From assembly GCA_013265495.1 (NCBI GenBank), contig MU058065.1, forward strand, positions 9,341,720 through 9,405,719: DNA of 64,000 nucleotides. The letters run 5' to 3'. Of this stretch, positions 38,618 through 52,416 are shown one piece after another. A program made the position numbers and the translations under genes. The stretch is from Vicugna vicugna (lineage: Eukaryota). Each line of letters starts with the position of its first letter. The first letter of the stretch is position 1. The notes below the pieces were generated by a model. That model saw only the letters and a list, made by a program, of their open reading frames with translations. It was not told where the DNA came from and made no database searches.

Positions 38618-39251
38618 CACTGCATCTTTCTGCCTCCCTTGGAAACAACATGTCCTGTCCCACAAAGACCATAACACGTGGGTTAAAATTTCGAGAAAGC
38701 AAAAGAACAAAATAGAATTCCACGGACTGTATCTACCATACTCAACCATGCAAAAACCCAGATGTCAGACCCCTAAAAGCCACTGTTAATTCCTTCCCTA
38801 CTAGAAAAGTGTAGCTTCTTTTCATGCCATCAGGAAAATGCTCCATCCCTCTCTGCAGGGTGGACGAGTGTGTTGGCTCTAGGCCATTCTGACAGTCTGA
38901 TGGGGGAAGAGTGTGAGATGGGAGAACAGATGACATGGAGACAGGGACGTGGCAAAGCTGTCTGAACAGAGGAGCCGGCGAGGCCCAGACGCCAGGGCTC
39001 AGAGCGAGGGTCTGGGCTGGATGGTAAGTGGGAGGAAGCATTGCTGCCATGGCAGAGGCAGTTTGAGTCAGATGCCTTAGCACAGTCTCTAATTAATAAA
39101 GCGTCAACTGGATCCTTAATTTTTCCTTTCAGTTAGTCTTCTAGAACTGAATTATAAAAATAATTTCATTAAATCAAAATTTATTTGTCTAAATCATCAA
39201 ATTAACTTTTCAGAAAGACAGCATAGGAACTTTCTAAGGGATAAACCATCC

Positions 39252-39338
39252 TTTTTTTTTTTAATTTTGTTTGTTCTGGGGGATGTAATTAGGTTTGTTT
39301 GTTTGTTTAATGGAGGTACAGGGGATTGAACCCAGGAC
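39252..39338 (-). mobile_element. Partial Vic-1-type SINE
   Basis: T-tail, then aatggaggtacaggggattgaacccaggac (reverse complement of the B-box end). Confidence 0.7.
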
Positions 39339-39769
39339 TGTCTTGTGTATCTGAATGGCATGCATTTTGGCCCTTCATCCCCCACCGCTCCACTCCCTCT
39401 AACCCACCGTGGACCGCATTGCTTCGTGCCCGGGGAGGACATCTCCTCCCCTCACTTCCTTCCGTTCACCCCACCTTCTCCTAGGGGCGTCGTGTGCATG
39501 GCACTTCATTGCCGTCTTTCCGTTCTCTCAGTGTGGTTCACTGCATCTCTGGGAGATTTATTCTCTTCTGCCTGCACACACTCTTATAATCTCCTTCCTT
39601 CTTAGCCTCTTGGTTTTCTCGCAAGAATTATATTTCTTCTTCATCTTCATGGCATTTTTAAGCCCAAAAATGTGTGCTAATCATGGCAGAGAAACGCTTT
39701 AGAGCACTTGGCTAATTTTGACTGTTTACATTCATTAATGAGATTCTTTTGTGAGTTTCTCTCTCCCCT

Positions 39770-40015
39770 ACAGGGCAATAACTCCATGAAGGTGGAGACT
39801 GGTTTTTCTCACTTCTTTTTATTATATTCCCAGCTTCTATATAGTGGCAGGCATGTGGCAGACATTCAAATATTTGCTGAATTACTGAATGAGTGAGTGA
39901 ATGCAGTATTTATTGAGCACCTACTGTATGTCAGACACTATTCTAGATGCTAGAGATATAATGACAAATAAAAGTGACAAGTTCTGAGACTCCTGGAGCT
40001 TACATTCTAATTGGT
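39770..40015. mobile_element. Two L2 3' ends in tail-to-tail orientation
   Basis: ...caaatatttgctgaattactgaatgagtgagtgaatg followed by tatttattgagcacctactgtatgtcagacac... Confidence 0.65.
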
Positions 40016-40951
40016 AAATGCATTAACTTAACCTCATTTAAGTAAAAGAAAAAGCAGAAAATAGACATCATAAAAAACCAGTATGACCAGCTCTAAAATT
40101 CTTGCAAATAAACATTAGATTCTATCTCCTTGTCTTTTTCTAGTTAAAACTTCTTAAGAGCTACTTCCCAGTAGAAATACTTCTTATTTTACCTCATTAT
40201 TTCTCTCTCTTAATGACCAATAGTATTATTTTCAATTGTGTGTCATTGCAAACATACTTCAGCCATATTATTGCATGAATAGGCTATGGATATGAGAGCA
40301 GGATCCCAATTATCTTTTAGAACAACTTTTGTGGGTAAAGATATTCATGTGTCTAATAATGAACTTAACTCTTAAAATACAACCTATCTGCATGGATAGA
40401 GGGAATTTCATTGTGTGCAAAGCCCAATGAAATGTTGAAAGAAGCATGCAGAATGTTAATAACCTTGCTTTTAAAAAGAACAGATGTAAATATTTTATCT
40501 GCTCATTACCCCAACAACATCATTAAGAGGAAGAACTTGATCGAGACCCTACCGTGTGGGTGTTGGTGCTGGGTCTCCTTTCCCAGGTTACGGGCTATCC
40601 ATCACCCAGACTTCTCTTCTTCCAAAGGGAAAAACCAAACAACAGAGTCTCTCCCTCTGTTGATGTGAGAGACCATTCACCAACTAGAAAATGTGGCAAA
40701 CCTTTTCAACAAGTTGCATGAATTCTCATTAGGTATTAAAATTAGAAGGTATATTGTGAGAACATCTTCCCAATGAAAACACTCTGGATTTTGCAGAATC
40801 TCTTTTATTTTCCTGCATTATTTCTTCCCTTTGGTTCATTTGTTCATTCATCCATTAAATATCCACAGAGAGGAATATTATGAAGACTATGTAATGACAT
40901 ACAAAATGTGTAATTCTTCCTGTAAAAGTCTGGAAATAGAAATTGTGCCTT

Positions 40952-41094
40952 GAGGGGGAGGGTATAAATCAGCAGCAGAGTGCATGCTTAGCACACACAA
41001 GTTTCTGGGTTCAATCCCCAGTACCTCCACTAAAAAATAAAATAAAAAATTAACTAAAAAATACATAAAGAAAACTGATTACCTCCCCCCCCAA
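40952..41094 (+). mobile_element. Vic-1-type SINE with 12-bp TSD
   Basis: TSD AAATTGTGCCTT at 40940-40951 and 41095-41106; gggttcaatccccagtacctcc. Confidence 0.88.
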
Positions 41095-42777
41095 AAATTG
41101 TGCCTTATGTACAAAATATATGCATACAAGTTACATCATCATTGCAATTAAAAGACTGAATTTAAAAAGCTATGGTAGCAGTGACTTTAATTTGAACCTA
41201 ACTCAAGTTGAAACTTTTTGATATCCTCTGTCATTTGTTTCTTGCAATTATGAGTGTGGCAAAAAGGAATAAGCATATTAATAACATTTAAAATAATGAA
41301 GGAATGGCATATATTCATTCAACTATAATCTTACAGTGAACTTTTTATTCATATCCATTCAGCTTAAATATTTTCAACTACTATGATGATGATCATCTTA
41401 AAAATGAAATCTGTTTCCTGCTGAGGCAAATGCTTTTTTATCAGTCTTGTTATCATTGCCGAAAACACCTAAGTGTGTATTTTCTCATGTAAATCACGTA
41501 GGGAGCGGTGTAGTGTGTCTACCTATTGAAGAGAGGTAAGCTGAAGAGAGTGACAGGCAAGCATTTACTTGTAAGTATGTACTGTTATGAAGACTCGACC
41601 TCTTATATGAACTCGAATCTTCTATGTGTGCCCCTCATTTAAAGAAAAGCTGATACGGAGACCTATACTTGGAAAGCGTAATTTAGGGATAGCTCGCTTT
41701 GTTAAAGATTTCTTTCCTTTAGGAAAGAACTCACCATGGAATTTAGATAGCCAACAACATCAGTGAATTTTTAATGTTGAGTGTCAAACTTCAGAAAGAC
41801 TGATACTGCTAAAGGGGAGGTGAGACCCCTGGGTTCCCTCTGCATAATTCTCCCCATCCACTAGATCACCCTATTCTGGTGTCTTTGGTTGCCTCAGAGC
41901 CCCTAACCGAGTGAGCATGTTTTCTTTTTCATTGTTCTCGTCATGAACCTTTTTTTCACTACGAGAAGGTGTAGTCTCGAGAATTTGCACCTTCTGCTTG
42001 AGGCATTCTGCTCAAGGCAGGTGTGATGAACTCTTCACCTAGGTGGTGCTGGTGGGGTTTTTTTCCTAGGTCAAAGCTTTCGTCTTGATTTGTTAGGGAA
42101 AATGCCACGTAGATCAGTAAGTCAGTGATATCCCTGGAATGTAGCATTTAAAACCTCCAGCAGAAAGGGCCTGCAGTCTCAGGGAGGGGAAATACAAGCC
42201 CAGGACTCAGCCTTGCTTAAGGCTGGTCCCTTGAACAAGGCTGGTCTGGTTTTCACCCTACCTCATGTCTAGTGTGGGAAGCAGGGCAAAGGATTTTAGG
42301 AGAATAAGAATCAAAGTCAGACCAGCACTCGCCTAATGTGGAGCAGGACAGATGTTCCAAGTCACATGTGGAGAAGTGTTTGTGGTTGGATTCTGTTTGA
42401 AACTGATTGTTGATACTCTCATGAGACAGCCTGTGACAAATTGTATAATAAAAATGTTAAAAATAGCATTTTTTCCCCTGGAAAAGCTGAGTTCCCACAA
42501 TTCAGTGAGCTGGGAAAATTGCTAAACTTTTTGGACACAAAGTGCTGATTCTCTGTTCTTCTAACCCTTTCATTATACATAGGATTTTTCATTATAATTT
42601 TGTTTTTCTGAACTCTGAACAATGTTCCAGTTAGCCCTTTTGAAAAAAATAATAAAACAACTAAGTCAACTTATATTTTTGAATAAAATTTAAAATCCAT
42701 GTAAAATGCACATGCAGTATTGATAAATTACAAAATGACAGCAAATTTTTCAGAAAATTCTTTCTTTGTATATACCA

Positions 42778-43100
42778 TCCCTGCCCATTGAAATAAAATG
42801 TGAGCCGCAAATGCAACTCACATATGTAATTTTAAATTTTCTAGTAGCCACATTAAAAAAGTAAAAAGAAATAAAATTAATTTTAATAATGCATTTAATA
42901 TATTTTATTTGACCCCATATATCCAAAATCTTTTCAACATGAAATCAATGTAAAAAAAATTGAGATAATTTGTTTTTTTTTCTTGAATTAAATTTTCAAT
43001 GTGTATTTTATTCTTACCGCACATCTCAATTCAAGCCACCCACATTTCAGATGTTCAGTTGCCACCTAGAGCTAGAGGCTACCATATTAGAGATCATACG
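42778..43100. mobile_element. MER33-like hAT element
   Basis: atgtgagcc...taattttaaattttctagtagccacattaaaaaagtaaaaagaa...gccacctagagctagaggctaccatatt. Confidence 0.7.
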
Positions 43101-43411
43101 TCTGTACCATAACAAACATTTGAACACAAATTTGAAAAAAAATTCTGTTGAAAATGTGTAGATATTTATCAGTGTTTCTAAGGATCTTTGATGTACAATG
43201 GAGTGGTAGGGTTTTCAGAGGCATCAATCTTGGTTGAGAATGTAGGAGTTGAAGAATAAGTAAAGACAGAGTAGGGAAATACTTTGTGTGGTTGTGACTG
43301 AGGTGAACTAGAAGAGAAATGTTGGAATATCCAACAGATTCATAGATTTCAAATAGCACTATGTACCAGAAATGCTTTTGACTGCAAGTAATGCAGCCTG
43401 AATTATGGTGA

Positions 43412-43812
43412 CTGTGAAGGTTAATCTTACGTGTCCGTGTGGTTGGGCCACGGTACTCAGACATTTGGTCAGATGTTATTCTCAATGTGTCTGTGAGGGT
43501 GTTTTGGATGAGATTAACATTTAAATTGGTGGACTTGGAGTAAAGCAGACTGCCCTTCATAATGTGGGGAGGCTTCATCCAGTCAGTTGAAAGCCTTAGT
43601 AGAGCAAAGATTGACCTCCCCCAAGCAAGAGGGAATTCTGCCAGCAGATGGCCTTTGGACTTAAACTCTAGCATCAGCTTTTTTTAGGTCTTCAGCCTCC
43701 TGGCCCACCCTGCAGTTTTACACTTGCCAACCGCTATAATTGTGTGAACCAGTTCCTTAGAATAAATCTCTCTCTATTTATATACATATCCTCTTGGTTC
43801 TGTTTCTCTGTA
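43412..43812 (+). mobile_element. ERVL LTR (MLT2-type), apparently nested in an older MLT1 LTR (~43365-44110)
   Basis: tgtgaaggttaatcttacgtgtc...gatgagattaacatttaaattggtggact...gagtaaagcagactgccct...aataaatctctctcta. Confidence 0.8.
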
Positions 43813-44559
43813 CAATAAATTAAACTAAAAATAATTTATTTTGTTACAGAAGAAGACATCTGGAATCAAATAGGTGCTGGTTTTGGTTCAGCAGCCTGTT
43901 GATGTTATGACAGCATCTCTGTGATTCTCTTGCTCTTTCCCTCATGCTTTCAAAATCTTCCCCTGTAACCTTCTATTTGTGTAACGTTGTTTCGCAAAGT
44001 CACTAGTAACTGCAAAGGTGGCAGGAAAACCAAGTGCTCTGTTTTTCCCATCTCTATAGTAGAAAGCAAGAGAGGAAAAGATGAAAGTTACTATTGGATC
44101 AGCCAATCTGTGGTGCCAAACACTTAGCAGAAATTAGTACAACTCTTCTGAAAGGGAGCGTAGAAATATATATAAGCCATAACAGTTCCAGACATTCTAT
44201 AACAGATAAGCATTAAGATATTCATTTCATATTATTCGTAATTTTGGATTATACTCTTGTCAATTTTGCTGCCCAGCCTCCAAACACCCTTTCTATTTAG
44301 AAGAGAATATAAGAAAGTAGTGAGGCAGGACCCCTATGGAAGATTAAAGCAGCAGATGTTTTTTCCTCCCTGGGAGCCTATTGTGGTAATGGGACCTTCA
44401 CAGTGACCAGACACTCATAGAATTTTGGGTCTTTGGGAAGTGATGCAAGGCTCAAGGTCCATTAGAGATTATTTGAATCTGCTGTGGCAGGAAGTCTAAA
44501 GTCCAGAGTGCATCTTTTTATTGACAGCCTAAAATTATTTCAAAATGAAAAATTTTTAA

Positions 44560-46480
44560 ATAAAAAAATACTTCAGAATAAAAGAGAAAAAGGAAATGGA
44601 GCCAAAGAAAGAAGGACTTGAGAGAACACAATATATACTGAAGATAGATAGGCAAAGAAAATAGAACATATGGATAATGTGAGAACCTTTCCAAAATTAA
44701 AGAAAGATTTGAAGCTAAATATTTAAAAAGCACATCATCTACCCTGAGAATATCAACCCATAGTGATCAATACCAAGACATATTGTAGCAAAGTCACTTA
44801 ACTTTGAAGAAAAAGAAGATAGCTCTTGCATATCTAGAGAAAAAGAGTACATGATTTATAAGGAAAAAATTTTTATACTTTTTGAAACTAATGCTCTATG
44901 TGAGAAAAATATGGAGTAACAGATTTAAGATCAAGGAACTATGTATCAATTTTTTTTTAATCCAGAATAACTTTCACATATAGTGGGCACAGATCTCAGG
45001 GAATATTGTTCCCATGATTCCTTTATGTGAAATCTAGAAAATTAGCTTCAGACAACAAAATAATTAGACAGATATTGACTGACCTAAGGACTGTTGGTGA
45101 ACATTAAGAACAGAGATTCCCTAGAACTAAGACGATTGAAAGCTAAGAGGATGCTTGAAGCTGTATCCTCTGATAGTGCAGATATTGTACAACTGTTTAA
45201 AAATGGAGGACAGAATATTTTCAGTAATCATATTGGTATGAATCCTATAATTGCTATCCTGAGACTGTTATGTGTATCATATGAGATAAAACAAATGAGT
45301 AGTCTTGAGATATTCAATTCTATCATCTTCTTTATCTCCAAGAAAAATTCTCTCATCTCCATTGTTTCTGGTTCCTTGAGAACCAGGATTCTTGATACGG
45401 AAGAAAAGAGATACTAAAGTAGGAGAGAAGAGGTTAAGTAAAAACTCTGTGATTTCAAAACTGAATTGAAACTGTCAATATAAGCCCATGAGGTACTTGA
45501 TCTTATTTTATCCCCAGATACGTCCACTGAAAAGACCTAGAAATGATAAACTACACAATAGCGAGGAGCATCTCTAGCACCCAGTTTGTGGTCTCGCAAT
45601 ACCTTTTTTCACTACAAGAGACCAGATCTCCTGGGAGAAATGACTGGTTCTAGGTGTAAGGCAGGAAATGAACACGATGTCCTTGAAACACCTCATTACA
45701 CCAGATGACGAGGAGGCTGTCAAAGACTAGTAGGGTGGTGTCTAAAGGCTCTGGAGTCAACCTGAAGAGGCTCTCACTGGCCAAAGATGGAAACTTTTGA
45801 GTTAATGATAATTGCAGTGAACTGAAATTCATCAAATATGTTTAAATCCGTGATTTCACAAAAATACGGAAAGTAGTTATTACTTTTGGAGGACAATAGG
45901 AAACCAAATCATTATCTTGAAAATCGGCAAATGGAACTAAAGAACCAAGTATTTATCCTTCCTTTCTCATATGAACTGTATCACTTTGCAACCAAATAGA
46001 GGGTGAGGGGAAGTGTCTCTTTATGAAAGCATTCTAACTAATAAATGAAAAATACATAGAACCAGGATATCATCATTTTACAACCTATAATGAGTGGCTA
46101 TAGGTAATAAATATCAACAGTTTCTAAAATCACAGAATGACAACCAGATGTTTTATGCCTCCATAGTCAAAAAAAACACCACCTACAGATTGGTCAAGGG
46201 GATGGAACCAGGTTCTGGATGTCCCTAGATCCATCTTCTAATTTGCAGGAAATATAAAGAACAGAATAATAAGTCAGGATAGTGGTTACCTATGGGGAGG
46301 GCAGGGAGGGGGATTGTGACTGGCTTGAGGCACACTGAAGGGTTTCTAGGGTGACTGGTTATGTTAAAATAGAGTTATGTCTCAAGACGTTGGAGGCATT
46401 TGCCTTATAATAATTCAATAAGCCATACATTTAATTTATGTGATTTTCTATATTAGTGTTTTATTTTACAGAAAAAAAAT
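44560..46480 (+). mobile_element. Ancient L1/HAL1-like fragments
   Basis: ORF1-like remnants (ENLSKIKE; ccaagacatattgtagcaaa) and an L1M 3' end (aagtcaggatagtggttacctatgggg...A-rich end). Confidence 0.5.
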
Positions 46481-47149
46481 TATAAAGGAGATGAAGAAAA
46501 AGAAAGGAGAGAAAACCACTAAAAAAAAAAAATGAGTGAATTTTTCCGTAAACTTTAGTTTGGGAAGACAATGTCCCACAGAGGTCATGGGTTGATTTGA
46601 GATAGAAAACTTACTTCTAGGGAACATTGGGTTAAGTTTCCTCCAGTTTATTGTAACCTTTCCTGAACAGTAGGTTTATTTTTAAAAAATAAGTAAACAA
46701 AACAGTGATAAGCTTTGTCCCTTGCTCTCCCGAAAGTGGTGAGAAAATAGGGTTATGTGTTTTCTCTTGCAAAAGCATTGCTTAATATTACCTAAAACAT
46801 CTTTGTAATTTATCAGGGCAATAAATTTCTATGAATCAGCTAGGTGGCATGACCAGATACTTGACTCTGGATTGTTTATTTATGTTGCCTACTAAGTCCT
46901 GTTACCCAGGTGGAATCTTTTAGACATGCTGGTGCTTGCACTACAGGCACATCAAGATAGTAACTTACACACTGAAGATACTCAAGAAATGATTGTTTTA
47001 TAAAATTTAAGTGGGTAAGTTAGACAGAAAAACATATTAAATTACACCATGAGTATGAAAATAGCTAAATGTAGACTGAACTTATATGCTGTTTATAGAT
47101 TTAGAGCAGGAAGGTCTTCATGAGGAATATCCCAGAATTCATTAGTTTG

Positions 47150-50100
47150 TGTTAATTCCCTACATCCTCTCATGGTTTTAAATAAACAAATGCAGCCCAG
47201 ACCTCTTCCCTGAACTCCAGATATCTATTCCAGTAGCTAAGTGAACAGCCCTACTTGGCTGACTAATAGGCATCTCAGGTTTATCATGTCCCAAACCAAA
47301 TCCCTGGTTTCCACCTCCACAGACTTTCTCTACCCACAGTTTTCCCATCCCAATAAATGGCTACTTCCTCCTTCTACCTGCCTGAGTCCCAGATCTTGGG
47401 GTCATCCTTGGTACCTCTGTCTTTCACACCCCACAGCCAATCCATCATCAAATCCTTTCGACTCTACTTTCAAAATATATTCAGAAATCTAACTGTTTTT
47501 ATGACATGCACCACTACCACTGTGGTTCAAGCTGCCATCCTTTCCTTTTTAGTTCAATATAATTTCAAGCTTATAAAAAAGTTGCCAAAATAGTATAGAG
47601 AATTCCCATATACCCATCATCCAGATTTACCAGTGTTTCGCATTTTTCTTCAATTTCTTTGTCATTCACTCATCTCTCTTTTCTTCCCTCTCAAACACAC
47701 AAACATAAAACACACACAAATAATCATACATGTATTTTATTCTGAACTTTGATCACTTGATTAAAGTGGCCCCTACCTGGCTTTTCAGTGTTAAGTTTTA
47801 ATTAACTTTATGATTTATAAAGAATTTCTCCCTTTATAATTAACAAATAATTTGTAGGGAGATGCTCTAAGAGTATGTAAAGATGCTATACCTCATCAAA
47901 TTTTCAAACACTAGTTTTAGTTTCCATTGATGATTTTCAAATTCCATCATTCCTTCTAAATGTATTAGTTGCCATTTGCTGTGAAAAAGAGATTTCCCAT
48001 CTCCCATTTAGTTATGTATTATGCATTTGCTTGTATCGGTATGAACTCATGGACACATTTTAGTGAATGTGTTATATTCCATTACTTTTATTATATATTT
48101 TGATGCTCAATGGGACTATCTTCTTCTGTATTTTATATCTACATATGTTCTACATATGTTATAAATCCCATAATTACAATAATATAATATTACACTCTTT
48201 GCTTTAAAAAATGAGCAATCTTTAAAATTAAGGGAGAAAAAAATATAATCTTTAATTTTTACCATTTTGGTGCCCTTCATTTCTTCCTGTCAATCTGTAT
48301 TTCCATCTGGTGTCCTTTCTCTTCATTTTGAGAACTGATCTTCTCTCGTCACTTGGGTGATTCAGGTCTGCTGTTCCATCTTCTCTCTGTTCCTGCTCTG
48401 GAACTCCAAGTATACAGATATTACCCCACTGGATATTGTCCCACAGGTCACTTAAACTCAATTCATTTATTTAAAAACTTTTATCTTTCTGTTCTTTGGA
48501 TTAGATAATTTCTATTGCTGTATCTTAAAGGTCACAGATTCTTCCTTCTGCTATTTCCAGCCTGTTGTTAAAACCCATCTAGTGATTTTTTTTTCGTTTG
48601 TGATATTATACTTTCCAGTTCTAGAGCTTTAACCTTTTTTGTACTTTCCCTTTTTTGTTGAGATTCCCATTACTTAGGGCTACATTTTCCTTTAAGTCAT
48701 TGAGCACATTTATAATAGCTACTATACGGTTCTTGCTCATTTGTCCACTCTCTGGTCATCTTGGGATTAGCTTCTATTGACTGCTTTTTCTCTTCACCAT
48801 GAGTCATATTTTCTTCTTTGCTCACATGTCTAGTTATTTGCATTTCAAACTAGACATTATGAATGACATATTGTGGAGACTCTTGGATTCTGTTATCCAG
48901 CTAGTCTAGCAAACAATTTATTTGGCTGAACTTAAAAACTCCAAATTCTGCTTCCCCTTCTGTGAGCAGGAGTTAAAAATTCTGGTCAGTTCTTACAGTC
49001 TTCTTCCTGTTGTTTTCCATTGGACAATTTTGCACCAAGAGTTTGCAGTACGTGGGTTAACCAAGGAGTTGCATGGAATTTAGACATAGAATTTTGGGCT
49101 CCCCACTCTATGGAGTCTTTTTTTCTGAAATTTCTCTGTTCAATTCCCAGCTGCTCTTATAGCCTCTAAATTCTGTCTGACTCTTCAAAGCAGTCAGACT
49201 GCTAAGTGAGTTCTGGTTGCCCCATGTTACATGGACTGGAGCCTGCTTTCCTGTGAAGACGCACAATCTCACTTAGCGTGATCCCTTTCTTGAATTCTCT
49301 CCAGTTTCTGCCTACTTCTGATCACTTGACAGTGCCTTAAAATCTTTAAAAAAGCGTTTTTTTTCAGTTTCTAACTATTATACATGAGAGGTTTGATCGG
49401 AACCAGAACTGCCATCATTCTTACCTATAGTAGAGCAGTTGTCACCTAATTGGTGTCCTTGCTCCCACTCTTGCCCCTTCAGTCTGCTTCCTTCCCAGCA
49501 GTCCAAAGTATCCTTTTAACTCTGAAGTCATATCATCCCACTTTTCTGGTCAGAACCCTCTATTTATTTTTCACCTCATTTAGAATAAAAGCCAAATTCC
49601 TTGCGATGACCTACAAGACCCCTACCGCCTGGCCCCTCAGTATCTTTCTCACTGTATCTCATGTTCTGCTCCAGGAAAACTTGTATCCTTGCTATGCTAA
49701 CACGCAATGGATATACTCCTGGCTGTTCCCCCTGCCTAAAATGCTCCTCCTTCAGATATCCACCTTGCGCACCCTTCACTTATTTCAGTTCAGCTCAAAC
49801 ATCACCTTCTCAGTGAGGCTGTCCCTGACCATTCCACTAAAAATTCAACCACCCTTCCTCCCCTCTCCCCATTTCTTACCTCCTTTCCTTGATGTAGTTT
49901 TCTTCATCATACTTACTTCCATCTAAAATAGTATCATTTTATTCTTTTCAAAATTTTCTTTTTCTCCCAGGAAGAATGAGTCCACAAGGGCAGGAGTTTT
50001 TGTCTCTTTTCTTCATTGCTGTCTCCCCAGTGTCAGAACAGTATCTGGCTGTTAAGAGATGCTCATTGGACATTTGTTCACAGAAGACTGAATAAATCTG
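47150..50100 (+). mobile_element. L2 element interrupted by an L1 insertion (~47540-49408)
   Basis: cccagacctcttccctgaactccaga...aggcatctca...catgtcccaaaccaaa; resumes near 49410 and ends ...gaataaat; CTGCCATC on both sides of the insert. Confidence 0.7.
47545..49405 (-). mobile_element. Old L1 fragments including ORF1 remnant
   Basis: Minus-strand SLSDLWDNIQWGNICILGVPEQEQRE matches the L1 ORF1p LWDNIKRxNIRIIGVPE motif. Confidence 0.65.
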
Positions 50101-52181
50101 GATTGTCCTCTTGGTCAGTCAGGCCTATACTTAAACCATAGATACAAATTCAGTGATGAAATCTAACTTCTCCTAATTAGGGATCAGGAAATAAGACAGA
50201 TCTAACAAACTCTTACTGTCAGATGAACCTATGTCCTTTCTGCTCCAGATATGGAAGAGCAGCAATAACAAGCTTCATTCTACCTGAAGACCTGTCTAAA
50301 CTCTAAACTGATACGGTAGTTTAGATGCTATATGATACAAAGCACGTGGGCTTTGGTGTTGGAGACAGAGCACTCTGAACGTTGGGTCATTTAACATTGA
50401 GCTTGTTTCCTCACCTGGAAAGGAGGATGTGGCCATTATCCAGGTTTATCAGTTGAGATTAGGTCAATGTGAGTGACCAAAAAGTCCGAAATAATCAAAG
50501 CTCAAACAAGACAGAAGTTTATTGATCTCTCATAGGTAAGGCTGAAGGCTGGTCCAGAGTGAGTGTGGCACTCCACGCCATTAGGGACTCCTTTCACCCT
50601 GTGGCTCTGCCCACAGTAGCTTCGTTACCAAGTTTGCCCGAAGTTCCAAGGCAGCTGCTCCTGCTCCAGCTTCTGTGTCTACTCTCCACACAGCTGCAAG
50701 GAGGAAAGCAGCAGAGTCTCAAAGTCTCCCACAACACTGTTATCCCAAGAACCAGAACTTAGATAAATAGGCACATAGCACAGTGTTTATTCTGGAGGCT
50801 ATCAGCCCACTTGAAAATGTTATTACCACCGCCAAAGGGAAGAATGAACACTCCAGGGCAAACAGGAGCCTCCCACTCTAGCTTATGGTAAAGATTAAAT
50901 GACTCTAAGATTCATGATATCGAGGAAGCACTTAAAGTGTCTTCTCCCTTTTCTTCACTAAATCTTCCCTTGGCCTTTCCTTTTCAAGAAAACAAACAGT
51001 CTTTAATCCTTTCCTTCTGGTTCTTATTTCTTACATATTTCCTTTTTTCTTCTTTATGAGTAACTGTTTATTTGTAATTGAAGTATAGTTGATTTACAAT
51101 GTTATATTAGTTTCAGGTGTACTATTTCTTCCACACTTCTTTGTTTTCCTAAACCTCAGTCTTCACCAACTCTCATGGGTAGAGATGAAATCTGATCATA
51201 TCAAGCTAAATAGGGCTATTCCAGGTCATGTTAAGCCATTGATGCCCAGCCTTGGGTGGGCCTGTCATCACTGCAGAGGTTCCTTAACAGAAACCATTGT
51301 GACTGCTGGTTTTCAAAAGGTGTCCCTCAGATCCTCAGAAGTCCTTGGAATAAGATGTAATAAGGCAGAGGTACGGTACTTCATTTGTGTCTGTTCTGAT
51401 TCCCTTAGGTCTTTTCTCGGCACTCGAGGCAAAATGGAATTCTTGGATGTCACACACAGCCTCTAAATGATCGATGTTTTCATTTTAAGTGAAGGAATTC
51501 TTTCCTCAAATAAAATCTTACGAATACATCCCAAACAGATTAAAGCACAGTTGTACTGATGGAAGCAAGGGTGGAGCCATATACAAATTACTGGTCTAGA
51601 TCATCTCTTAACTTGTTGAAAATCTGTTAGTAGGGGATGAATGCTACTGGTTATGAAAAGAGGTTTGGCAAGGAAGTCAAGATTCTTGTTCACTTTGTTA
51701 ACTCTAGCTATAAACTGAGGCCTGGTTGCCTAGCAACCCAACCCTATCCAGGACGAGCTTTGCCAATACTTCCCCGAGAATTTGCAGTGGAAAGAAGCAG
51801 AGCTAATGATTTAAAGCCTCAAGAAACAGATGCATAGAGTTATAAATAACACATAAGATACAGACTGCCATCAGGCCCTCACCGTGTTGGGAGCCTGAGG
51901 GCAGAGGGGGCAGAATGGGTGAGGAGAGGAGATCAGCCAGCTGCCCTCCAGGACAAACAATAAATAGATCTCATTTCCCGACCATTCCCTTTCCCTCGCC
52001 CGCACAGAGCATTGCCTTTTGCACTTCACTCTTCTCACTGTTGTTCTTCTGCATCCCGCCTTCTAGTTTCTAGACTTTCCTTGAGTTCTCCTTTTAAAAA
52101 TTGTCTTTCCTGCATTTTGTGAAAAATGTTGTTCTGGCTTTTCCTACACATTGACATACCTCCTTCTTTATATGTCTAATG

Positions 52182-52416
52182 CAGTGCTTCTCAAATGGGG
52201 GCAATTTTGTCCCCCAGGGGACATTGGGCCAAGTCTTGAGATATTTTTGGTGGCCACACTGTGGCAGGGGAGTGGGGTGCCACTGGCATCTAGTGGGTAG
52301 AACCAGAGATGCTCTAAGCATCTTGCTGAGAACATCCTACTCTGTGTGGTGAGCCCCTGACAACAAAGAATTATCTGGCCTCAGTTGTCAATAGTGCCAA
52401 AGCTAGGAAACCCTGG
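52182..52416. mobile_element. MER20 hAT element
   Basis: cagtgcttctcaaatgggggcaattttgtcccccaggggaca...actggcatctagtgggtaga...acaacaaagaattatctggcc...gtcaatagtgccaa...gaaaccctg. Confidence 0.85.

Noticed and set aside
43087..43674. 195-aa minus-strand ORF, the longest in the track
   Set aside because: It lies largely antisense across an MLT2 LTR and other repeats, with no recognisable domain.
49450..49926. 158-aa ORF
   Set aside because: It lies within a degraded L2 element.
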